Shown here: piece after piece, positions 35,179-41,989 of the stretch
Position numbering within the stretch: the first letter of the stretch is position 1
How the letters are laid out: every line of letters begins with the position of its first letter
Source: Micromonosporaceae bacterium
Lineage (GTDB): Bacteria; Actinomycetota; Actinomycetes; Mycobacteriales; Micromonosporaceae
Length of the DNA stretch: 41,989 nucleotides
Direction of reading: 5' to 3'
Assembly (NCBI GenBank): GCA_019689695.1
Contig: JADGHA010000001.1
Coordinates: 1 to 41,989, forward strand
The notes under the pieces: generated by a model
The model's database searches: none
Told to the model about the DNA's origin: nothing
Seen by the model: the letters and a program-made list of their open reading frames with translations, nothing else
Made by a program: the position numbers and the translations under genes

Positions 35179-35303
35179 ACCACAAAGGCTAGCCTGCCCC
35201 GGGCGGCCGGACCCGGCGGCTCGGTATGGTGCTCGGCGTGCCAGATCGCGGCCATCGCTTCCCCGCCCGCCGTCGTGTCCCGCCCGAGCCGGATGCGCAT
35301 CAT

Positions 35304-35990
35304 GTGGAGGCGGTGCTGTTCGACTTCCACGGTACGCTCGCCCAGATCGAGGACCCCGTCGACGGCATCCTGGCGGCCTCCACCGCGTGCGGCGTGACGC
35401 TGGACCCCGTGCGGGCCACCGGCCTGGCCGATCGGCTGGTCGCCGCCGGCTGGGTCGGCGGACCGCTGCCGGCCCGGGTGCCGCCGCACCTGGCCGAGGT
35501 GTGGGCCACCCGGGACCTGTCCGCCGCGGCGCACCGGGCCGCGTACACCGGTCTGGCCGCCACCGTGACGCTGGATGTCGATGGGCTCGCCGAGGCGCTC
35601 TACCACCGGATGACCCAGGTCGAGGGCTGGCAGCCGTTCGCCGACACCGCGCCCACCCTGCGCGCCCTGCGCGACGCCGGGGTGCCGGTGGCGGTGGTCA
35701 GCAACATCGGCTTCGACATCCGGCCGATGTTCAAGGCCTGGGGCCTGGCCGACCTGGTCGGGGCCTGGCTGCTCTCCTACGAGGTGGGCATGTGCAAGCC
35801 CGACCCGGAGATCTTCCGGGCCGCCTGCACTGCGCTCGGCGTCGATCCCCGGCACGCGCTGATGGTCGGCGACACGCCCGCCGACGCCGGCGCGGTCGCC
35901 GTCGGGTGCACCGCGCTGGTGCTGCCGGCGGCGCCGCCCGGCGGGATGAACGGGCTCGGCACGGTCCTCGACCTGGTGGGCGTCTCCTAG
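35304..35990 (+). CDS. HAD-superfamily hydrolase
   Basis: Motif I is VLFDFHGTL, motif III/IV is K...MVGDTPADAGA. GTG 35304 sits just before motif I; the track start ATG 35226 is an alternative. Confidence 0.7.
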   Translation: MEAVLFDFHGTLAQIEDPVDGILAASTACGVTLDPVRATGLADRLVAAGWVGGPLPARVPPHLAEVWATRDLSAAAHRAAYTGLAATVTLDVDGLAEALYHRMTQVEGWQPFADTAPTLRALRDAGVPVAVVSNIGFDIRPMFKAWGLADLVGAWLLSYEVGMCKPDPEIFRAACTALGVDPRHALMVGDTPADAGAVAVGCTALVLPAAPPGGMNGLGTVLDLVGVS

Positions 35991-36036
35991 TCCTCGATCT
36001 GGCCTGCTTCCCTTGGCACCGCTCCGGTCGAGCCCG

Positions 36037-36978
36037 TCAGAGCAGGCGCAGCGCGCCGGGCGCACAGGTGACCGTGACGGGGAGTGGCAAGGCCCGCTCC
36101 CCGTCGGCGTACCCGACGGTCCCGTCCGTCTCGACGACCACCTCGCGAGCCCGGTAGCTGGTCACCAGCGGGTGGGCGAGGTGGGTGCCCTGGTAGAGCT
36201 TGGGCTTGAGGCGAACCACCGCGGGGCGGCCGCGCCGGCCGCCGCCCACCACGTCCAGCAGGCCGTCGGTGGGATCCGCGTGCGGGCAGATGCGCAGCCC
36301 ACCGCCGTAGGTGGCGGTGTTGCCGACCGCCACGAGCACGCCGTCGAACTCGAGCGTCTCGCCGTCGAGCCGCAGCGTGTACCGCCGGCGGCGCAGCCGG
36401 GCCAGCTCCAGCATGACCGCCACGTCGTACCGGCGCGGCCCACGCGGCCAGCGCATCCGGTTGGCGAGCTCGTTCACCGCCGCGTCGAACCCAGCAGCCA
36501 ACACCGCGGCGTACCACCGGACCTCGCCGCTTACCGCGGTCATCCGGGCCACGTCGACCGCCCGGGTGCGGCCGTCGGCCAGCGCCGCGGCGATGCGGTC
36601 CGCGGCCAGCAGCGGGTCCTGAGGCATCCCGACCTCGGACGCGAAGTCGTTGCCGGTGCCGGCCGGGACGACCCCGAGCGGCACCGGGCTGCCGGCCACC
36701 GCCTGCAGCGCACGGTGCACGGTCCCGTCCCCGCCCACCGTGACGAGCGCCCTCGCGCCGACGGCAACCTCGGCGTGGCAGGCGGCTTCCGCTTCTTCGG
36801 ACGTGCCGGCATCGAGCAGCCGTACTTCGTGCCCGCGACTGGTCAACCGCTCGACGATCGCTGTCAACAGCCCCCGGTGGCGGCCCCGACCCGCGGTCGG
36901 GTTGGCAAGGACGGCGACGTGGCCGGTCGCCGGATGGCTGGCCACCACCCCGGACGGATCGCTCGCAAGCTCGCTCAC
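36037..36978 (-). CDS. Diacylglycerol-kinase-family lipid kinase
   Basis: It has VAVLANPTAGRG, VTVGGDGTVH and PAGTGNDFA motifs. GTG 36978 lies 5 nt after the tatC stop. I reject the 531-aa ORF extension because it overlaps tatC. Confidence 0.85.
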   Translation of the reverse strand: MSELASDPSGVVASHPATGHVAVLANPTAGRGRHRGLLTAIVERLTSRGHEVRLLDAGTSEEAEAACHAEVAVGARALVTVGGDGTVHRALQAVAGSPVPLGVVPAGTGNDFASEVGMPQDPLLAADRIAAALADGRTRAVDVARMTAVSGEVRWYAAVLAAGFDAAVNELANRMRWPRGPRRYDVAVMLELARLRRRRYTLRLDGETLEFDGVLVAVGNTATYGGGLRICPHADPTDGLLDVVGGGRRGRPAVVRLKPKLYQGTHLAHPLVTSYRAREVVVETDGTVGYADGERALPLPVTVTCAPGALRLL

Positions 36979-36983
36979 GAGCG

Positions 36984-37910
36984 TCAGGTCATGTCGTCGT
37001 AGCGGCGCTCCAGTGGCTGGGGCGCAGGCACCGGAGTGATGGCGTCGACCGGCTCGCCGGCCTCCACCGGCTCGGGCTCCATGTCCAGCGGCGAGATCTC
37101 GTCGTCGGAGAGCCCGGCGTACAGGCTGTTCTTCCGTGCCCGGCGCCGGTCGTTGAGGTACGCTCCGCCGACCGCCATGAAGTAGAGCGCCGACAGGCAC
37201 AGCCCGAGCGCGGTCATCCCGAACGGGTCCGGTGTCGGCGTCACCACGGCGGAGAACGCGAAGAACACGAAGACGGCGACCCGCCACCAGCCGAGCAGCC
37301 GCTTGGCGCTGGCCATGCCGGTGAAGTTGAGCAGCAGCACGATCAGCGGGAACTCGAACGCCACCCCGAAGATCAGGATCAGGTTGGTGACGAAGGAGAT
37401 GTACCGGGTGACCTCGAGCGACGTGCTCAGCCCGGTCACGCCGGACTCCAGCAGGAACGACAGTCCCTTGTGGACCACGAAGTAGGCGAGCACGGCACCC
37501 ATCGCGAACAGCGGCGCCGCGATCGCCGCGAACAGATAGGCCCACCGGCGCTCGTGCCGGTGCAGGCCTGGCGCGATGAACGCCCACAGCTGGTACAGCC
37601 AGACCGGCGCCGCGAGGATGAGCCCGACCCACAGCGCGAGCTTCAGGCGGAGCACGAAACCGTCGGCCGGTCCGAGCTGGAAGAGCAGCTTGCTGCAGTC
37701 GGCGGTGGGCACCGCCTCGCAGTAGGGCTGCTTCAGCAGGTTGTACACCGGCATCGACAGCACATAGCCGCCGGCGAACCCGACCGCCACCGCCAGCGAC
37801 GCCTTGAACAGCCGGCTGCGCAGCTCCTGGATGTGCTCCATGAGGGTCATGGAGCCTTCGGCGGCGCGCTGGAACTGGCTGGGGCCGCGCCGCCGCAGCA
37901 CCGGCTTCAT
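36984..37910 (-). CDS. tatC: Twin-arginine translocase subunit TatC
   Basis: 308 aa with MTLMEHIQELRSRL, six helices and the conserved FEFPL and TPTPDP regions. The start may be the internal ATG before MTLMEH. Confidence 0.9.
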   Translation of the reverse strand: MKPVLRRRGPSQFQRAAEGSMTLMEHIQELRSRLFKASLAVAVGFAGGYVLSMPVYNLLKQPYCEAVPTADCSKLLFQLGPADGFVLRLKLALWVGLILAAPVWLYQLWAFIAPGLHRHERRWAYLFAAIAAPLFAMGAVLAYFVVHKGLSFLLESGVTGLSTSLEVTRYISFVTNLILIFGVAFEFPLIVLLLNFTGMASAKRLLGWWRVAVFVFFAFSAVVTPTPDPFGMTALGLCLSALYFMAVGGAYLNDRRRARKNSLYAGLSDDEISPLDMEPEPVEAGEPVDAITPVPAPQPLERRYDDMT

Positions 37911-37924
37911 CTCGGGCTACCGGC

Positions 37925-38182
37925 TCAGTTGTCGCGGACGCGCTGCACCGGGTCGACGACCGTGGCCTGGCTGTCCGCCGGCGGCAGTGGCTGGCGGCCG
38001 TGCTGCGCGTCGGCCTTCTCCGCCAGGTCGTTGTCGTCGTCGACCAGGCCCTTGGTCTCGGCCTTGATGATGCGCAGCGAGCGCCCGAGCGACCGGGCCG
38101 CGTCCGGGAGCCGCTTCGCGCCGAACAGGAGGATCAGCACAACCACGAGGACGGCGATGTGCCAAGGCTTGAGGGCGCCCAT
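37925..38182 (-). CDS. tatA: Twin-arginine translocase subunit TatA
   Basis: 85 aa. It has an N-terminal helix followed by LFGAKRLPDAARSLGRSLRIIKAE, the TatA/E signature. Confidence 0.9.
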   Translation of the reverse strand: MGALKPWHIAVLVVVLILLFGAKRLPDAARSLGRSLRIIKAETKGLVDDDNDLAEKADAQHGRQPLPPADSQATVVDPVQRVRDN

Positions 38183-38309
38183 GGAAGCTCCAGTTGTTCT
38201 TAGGTCTCAGGTGACGAGCCCATCCTACGTGGGGGATTCGGCTTCGACACCGGTCAGGTTTGGTGAAGTGTGGACAACCGCGAAGCCGCGGTCAACCCGA
38301 CAAGCGGTG

Positions 38310-38558
38310 TTATTTATTCCGATTTACGGCCATAGCGGCAATCCGCCGCTGGGTCCGCTCTGCCCGTACCTGCACGGTCAGCAGGCGCACCTGCAGCCGC
38401 TCGGCCGCCTCCCGCAGGTCGAGCGCCTGCGCCTGCTGGCGCCGCAGCCTGAGCAGTGCTCTGGCCAGCCGCGGCAGCCGGCGCAGCACCGCGGCCACGG
38501 CCAGCGCGAGGACGAGCAGCGCCGCCACCGCGATGCCGAGCACAATCCACCACAGCAT
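38310..38558 (-). CDS. Small single-pass membrane protein with a basic coiled C-terminus (hypothetical)
   Basis: 82-aa ORF with high GC3 and an N-terminal helix MLWWIVLGIAVAALLVLALAVAAVL. There is no convincing SD. It lies between pafC and tatA, directly downstream (in transcript sense) of palindromic element copy 1. Confidence 0.45.
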   Translation of the reverse strand: MLWWIVLGIAVAALLVLALAVAAVLRRLPRLARALLRLRRQQAQALDLREAAERLQVRLLTVQVRAERTQRRIAAMAVNRNK

Positions 38559-38581
38559 CCGGTCAGCCTAGCCCCTTCTTC

Positions 38582-38661
38582 CCCCGCGATCTTGCAGTTG
38601 TGTACCCCGTAATAGGGGACATGTCGTTTTTAACCGGGTACACAACTGCAAGATCGCGGGG
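38582..38661. repeat. Palindromic element copy 1: perfect 26-bp inverted repeat with a 28-nt loop
   Basis: The arm CCCCGCGATCTTGCAGTTGTGTACCC (38582-38607) is the exact reverse complement of 38636-38661. The loop contains AATAGGGGACATGTC (38611-38625). It lies 14 nt downstream of the pafC stop. Confidence 0.85.
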
Positions 38662-38675
38662 AGGAGGGGGGCGCG

Positions 38676-39641
38676 CTAGGCGGTTGGCACGGCGTATGCC
38701 TGCAGGGCGGCCGTCGCCTGGTCCCGGACGGCGGCGACCAGCTCGGGTGGGGACACCGCCACCGCGTCCGGGCCCAGGCCCAGCACGAACCGGCGTGCCC
38801 AGTCCAGGTCGGTGACCCGCAGCGAGACCAGCCACTCCTCGCCCGGGCCGCGGGTAACCCGCTCGCACGGGTAGTACTCGGTGATCCACCGGGCCGCACG
38901 GCCCACCCGTACCGTAATCAGCGGCAGATCGGCGGTCGGCTGGAAGATGCCCTCCCGCACGTCCGTCGGCTGCGCCTGCGGCGGCGGCGCGGCCGGCTCG
39001 TCCAGCTCGGTCATCGCGTCGATGCGGTCCACCCGGAACATCCGCACCGCCTCGGCCCGCCGGCACCACGCCTCCAGGTATGCGTGCCCGGACACCACCA
39101 GCACCCGCATCGGGTCGACCACCCGGTCGGTGGTCTCGTCGCGGGTCGCCGTGTAGTAGGTGATGCGCAGCGCGCGCCGCCGCTCGACCGCGCCGCTGAG
39201 CGCGACCAGCCGGTCGGAGTTGCCTGGCAGCCGGACCGCGACCGGCGCGTCGGCGAGCTCCCCGGCGGCGTTCTCGATCTTCGCCAGCGCCCGGTCCACC
39301 GCGTCCCGGTTGGCCAGCCCCGGCGTCTCTGCGAGCAGGCGCAGCGCGACCACCAACGCGAGCGCCTCGTCCGGGGTCAGCCGCAGCGGCCGGTCGATGC
39401 CGGCGTCGTAGGTGATGGTGACCCGGTCGCCGTCGAAGGCCATGTCGATCAGGTCGCCGGGTCCGTACCCCGGCAGGCCGCACACCCACAGCAGCTCCAG
39501 GTCCTCGCGCAGCTGCTTCTCCGACACCCCGAGGTCGGCCGCCGCCTCGGCGATCGCGATGCCGGGCCGGGCCAGCAGGTACGGGACCAGGTTGAGCAGC
39601 CTGGCCAGCCGGTCGGCGGAGTTGCGCGCCCCACCGCTCAC
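38676..39641 (-). CDS. pafC: WYL-domain transcriptional regulator PafC
   Basis: GTG 39641 overlaps the pafB stop as GTGA. It has an N-terminal HTH (ADRLARLLNLVPYLLARPGIAIAEAAADLGVSEKQL), then a WYL-like core (VVDPMRVLVVSGHAYLEAWC) and a C-terminal WCX-like region. Its position is pafB-pafC-tatA-tatC. Confidence 0.85.
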   Translation of the reverse strand: MSGGARNSADRLARLLNLVPYLLARPGIAIAEAAADLGVSEKQLREDLELLWVCGLPGYGPGDLIDMAFDGDRVTITYDAGIDRPLRLTPDEALALVVALRLLAETPGLANRDAVDRALAKIENAAGELADAPVAVRLPGNSDRLVALSGAVERRRALRITYYTATRDETTDRVVDPMRVLVVSGHAYLEAWCRRAEAVRMFRVDRIDAMTELDEPAAPPPQAQPTDVREGIFQPTADLPLITVRVGRAARWITEYYPCERVTRGPGEEWLVSLRVTDLDWARRFVLGLGPDAVAVSPPELVAAVRDQATAALQAYAVPTA

Positions 39642-40645
39642 GGCGACCTCCCCGCGGCGACCACGGGGCCTGCGGTGTCGTGCCGGGCGGCGACCTCCTT
39701 CAGCCGCTGGATCACCGCCTCGCGGACCTCCGGCGGGTCCAGCACCACCACGTCGGCGCCGTACCTGACCAGCCAGCTGGCCAGCCCGCACGGGTCGGAG
39801 TAGCGCAGCACCAGCCGGTCCCCGTCGGGTCCCTTCGACACCTCCTGGGCCCAGCGCCGGACCCCGGCGGCCCGCCCGGGCCGGGCCAGCACCGTGGCCT
39901 GACCGGTGTGCTCGACCGGGCCGTACCACCGGGCGACGTGGCTGATCAGGTCGACTCCTGCCGGAGGCTGGTACGCGCCCGACGGCCCGGTCAGCCGGAC
40001 CGGCCCGACGATCCGGGAGAGGCGGAAGCAGCGCGTGGCCGACCGGTCCAGGTCGTGGCCGACCACGTACCACCGGCCGCGCCAGCACACCACCCCCCAC
40101 GGCTGCAGCCGGCGGCTGGTCGGCTCGTCGTGCTCCGGAACCCGGTAGGAGAAGGTGACCGTGCGGCGTTCCCGCGCCGCCTTCGTCAGCGGCGCGAAGG
40201 CCGGATCCACGGTGACCAGCGGCTCCACCCCGAGGGTCGCCTGCGGGTCCACCTCCACCCCGGCCGCGCGCAGCTTCGCCAGCCCAGAGGAGGCGGCCGC
40301 GGCCAGGCCGGCGTGCTGCCACAGGCGCGCGGCGATGCCGACCGCGGCGGCCTCGTCCGGGGTCAGCGGGATGTCCGGCAGCGCGTACTCCCGGCGGGCG
40401 ATGCGGTAGCCGGGCTCGGTGTCGAAGACGCTGACCGTTCCCGTCTCCAGCGGCACGCCCAGCTCGCGCAGCTCGGCCTTGTCCCGCTCGAACTTGCGCT
40501 GGAACGCCTCGTGGTCGCGCGGGTCGTCCGGGTCGTGCTCGTACCCGGGCACGGTCGCCGCGATCTGCGACGCGGTGAGGAACCGGCGCGTCGACAATAG
40601 GCAGATCACCAGGTTGACCAGGCGCTCGGTGCGGGTCCGGGACAC
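39638..40645 (-). CDS. pafB: WYL-domain transcriptional regulator PafB
   Basis: GTG 40645. The N-terminus TERLVNLVICLLSTRRFLTASQI...FERDKAELRELGVPLE and the segment LQPWGVVCWRGRWYVVGHDLDRSATRCFRLSRI align closely with my memory of M. tuberculosis PafB (Rv2096c). Confidence 0.9.
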   Translation of the reverse strand: MSRTRTERLVNLVICLLSTRRFLTASQIAATVPGYEHDPDDPRDHEAFQRKFERDKAELRELGVPLETGTVSVFDTEPGYRIARREYALPDIPLTPDEAAAVGIAARLWQHAGLAAAASSGLAKLRAAGVEVDPQATLGVEPLVTVDPAFAPLTKAARERRTVTFSYRVPEHDEPTSRRLQPWGVVCWRGRWYVVGHDLDRSATRCFRLSRIVGPVRLTGPSGAYQPPAGVDLISHVARWYGPVEHTGQATVLARPGRAAGVRRWAQEVSKGPDGDRLVLRYSDPCGLASWLVRYGADVVVLDPPEVREAVIQRLKEVAARHDTAGPVVAAGRSP

Positions 40646-40738
40646 GACCTCGAACCTAGCAGGATACGAACGTCTGTGCGCATGAGCTGTGAGTCCAGCC
40701 GTCGCGTGTCGGCACGACGGCTCAGGTAAGTTCCGACC
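40646..40738. promoter_or_regulatory. Divergent pafB / DUF3866 control region with two TAnnnT boxes placed for leaderless transcripts and an 8-bp inverted repeat
   Basis: TAGGTT (minus strand, 40658-40653) lies 7 nt before the pafB GTG. TAAGTT (40727-40732) lies 6 nt before the GTG at 40739. The inverted repeat AGCCGTCG-N10-CGACGGCT spans 40697-40722 and its loop contains TGTCGG. Confidence 0.4.
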
Positions 40739-41845
40739 GTGGTGTGGGTGCGCTGGCGGCGCGGAAGGGTCGTCGCGGTCGGCCGCCGCTGGCGCGGCGC
40801 GATCGAGCTCGACGTGGCCATGGAGCGGCGCCACCCGGCCGACCCCGAGCGGGTACGGGCGCTGGCGTACCCGGCGCTGGTCGGTGAGCCGCAGCCGGAC
40901 GACATCGTGCTGCTGAACACCGGCGCACTGGCGCTCGGGCTCGGCACCGGCGGGTACGCCTTGGTCGTGGCCGTCCCCGACCGGCTGCCGCCGGACACCC
41001 ACGACGCACCGACGCGCGCCGACGGGCACCTGGTGAAGGCCCGCTACACACCGCAGCAGTCGATCGTGCTGGGCGCCGACGAGGAGGCGTCCCCGTACCG
41101 GGAGGCGCTGGCCGAGGCCGACGACCTGGCGGGGATGCCGGTGGTGACCGCGGACCTGCACTCGGCCCTGCCCGCGATCCTCGCCGGCGTGCACGCCGCA
41201 GCCCCCGGTGCCCGGGTCGCCTACGTGATGACCGACGGCGGCGCGCTGCCCGCCTGGTTCTCGCGCACCCTGGATGCGCTCGGTGGCCTGCTCGCCGGCA
41301 CCGTCACGGCCGGGCAGGCGTTCGGCGGCGACCTGGAGGCGACGAACGTCCACTCTGGACTACTGGCGGCCCGGCACGCGCTGCGCGCCGACGTCACGGT
41401 GGTGGCGCAGGGGCCGGGCAACATCGGCACCGGTACCCGCTGGGGCTTCTCCGGCGTCTCCGTCGGCGAGGCCGTCAACGCCGCCGCCACCCTGGGCGGG
41501 CGCCCGGTGGGCTCGCTGCGCATCTCCGCCGTCGACCCGCGACCCCGGCACCGCGGGGTGTCGCACCACAGCCTCACCGCGTACGGCCGGGTCGCGCTCG
41601 CCCCCGCCGATCTGGTCGTGCCCGCCGGCCTCGACCCGCCGCTGGCCGCGGAGGTCCGCGCCGCGCTGGCGCCTCTGGCCGACCGGCACCGCATCGTGAC
41701 CGTCCCGACGGACGGGCTGGACGCCGCGCTGCGGGCGCTGCCGGTCAAGCTCTCCACCATGGGCCGCGACCTGGACGGCGACCACGCGTACTTCCTCGCC
41801 GCCGCGGCCGCCGGCCGGCACGCCGGAGCCATGGTGCGCGGTTGA
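40739..41845 (+). CDS. DUF3866-like conserved actinobacterial protein
   Basis: 368-aa ORF with a GTG start and high GC3. The N-terminal pattern RALAYPALVGEPQPDDIVLLNTGALALGLGTGGYALVVA matches my recollection of the DUF3866 family. Its function is unknown. Confidence 0.55.
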   Translation: MVWVRWRRGRVVAVGRRWRGAIELDVAMERRHPADPERVRALAYPALVGEPQPDDIVLLNTGALALGLGTGGYALVVAVPDRLPPDTHDAPTRADGHLVKARYTPQQSIVLGADEEASPYREALAEADDLAGMPVVTADLHSALPAILAGVHAAAPGARVAYVMTDGGALPAWFSRTLDALGGLLAGTVTAGQAFGGDLEATNVHSGLLAARHALRADVTVVAQGPGNIGTGTRWGFSGVSVGEAVNAAATLGGRPVGSLRISAVDPRPRHRGVSHHSLTAYGRVALAPADLVVPAGLDPPLAAEVRAALAPLADRHRIVTVPTDGLDAALRALPVKLSTMGRDLDGDHAYFLAAAAAGRHAGAMVRG

Positions 41846-41874
41846 CCCAGCCGCCCGGGATGCCCCCGGGGATG

Positions 41875-41958
41875 CCCGGCGATCTTGCAGTTGTGTACCC
41901 GGATAAAGGCGACATGTCCCCTATTCCGGGGTACACAACTGCAATGAAGCGCGAAGGG
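41875..41958. repeat. Palindromic element copy 2 (inverted relative to copy 1, partly degenerate outer arms)
   Basis: A perfect 16-bp stem pairs 41885-41900 with 41929-41944 (TTGCAGTTGTGTACCC). The loop contains GACATGTCCCCTATT (41911-41925), the exact reverse complement of the copy 1 loop 15-mer. It lies about 30 nt downstream of the DUF3866 stop. The outer boundaries are approximate. Confidence 0.75.
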
Positions 41959-41989
41959 GGGTGAGGGGAAGAAATGTCTCTTAAAAAAA

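Noticed and set aside
38183-38309. tatA promoter elements (TTGACC ... and TAGGAT on the minus strand) and a 6-bp-stem hairpin ACCGCG-GCTT-CGCGGT after the small ORF.
   Set aside because: The hexamer spacings (15-18 nt) are ambiguous and the stem is short. They are plausible, but not strong enough to list as features.
40707-40732. Strict call of a PafBC/RecA-NDp promoter (TGTCGGCA ... TAAGTT).
   Set aside because: The spacing is 12 nt rather than the 8 nt I remember for the consensus. I report it only as a hypothesis with that caveat.

Overview
This is a 41,989-bp window of a very GC-rich actinobacterial chromosome (by eye more than 70% G+C, with strong GC3 bias in genes). Everything here is read by eye from the sequence and the ORF track. 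No database search was run, so family names rest on motifs and remembered synteny. Most long ORFs in the track are antisense or frame-shadow artefacts of the high GC content; I call about 40 real genes.

Layout:
(1) 246-8289: a B12/radical-SAM lysine-to-3-aminobutyryl-CoA cluster. kamA is divergent from a tightly coupled operon of kdd, an amidohydrolase, kamD, kamE, kal and a MutL/GlmL-like ATPase.
(2) 8281-14739: a mixed housekeeping and stress block. It holds a STAS protein, CsbD, a polytopic membrane protein, a histidine phosphatase, an Lrp/AsnC regulator, a YCII protein paired with an ECF42-type sigma factor, and an acyl-CoA dehydrogenase.
(3) 14760-27383: a cell-surface glycan cluster. 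It holds GT-C-like membrane proteins, an epimerase, two GT4 transferases, a dehydrogenase/aminotransferase/N-acetyltransferase triad for an acetamido-deoxy sugar, a Wzy/O-antigen-ligase-like protein and a Wzx-like flippase.
(4) 27384-30387: a compositionally atypical islet of about 3 kb. It encodes an ECF-like sigma factor, a small 3-TM protein, and a membrane protein whose last 61 residues carry 14 cysteines on a C-x3-C register. This is my best candidate for something undescribed. It could be a halocin-C8-like disulfide peptide precursor or a thiolate metal/redox module.
(5) 30388-41845: the conserved actinobacterial block of 5'-3' exonuclease, (MHYT sensor), helY, (HAD hydrolase, lipid kinase), tatC, tatA, pafC, pafB and a DUF3866-like gene.

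Two copies of an ~80-nt palindromic element with a conserved loop sit at the 3' ends of the divergent pafBC and DUF3866 units. The window ends in an abrupt AT-rich stretch. I could not support any rRNA, tRNA, CRISPR array or transposase gene.
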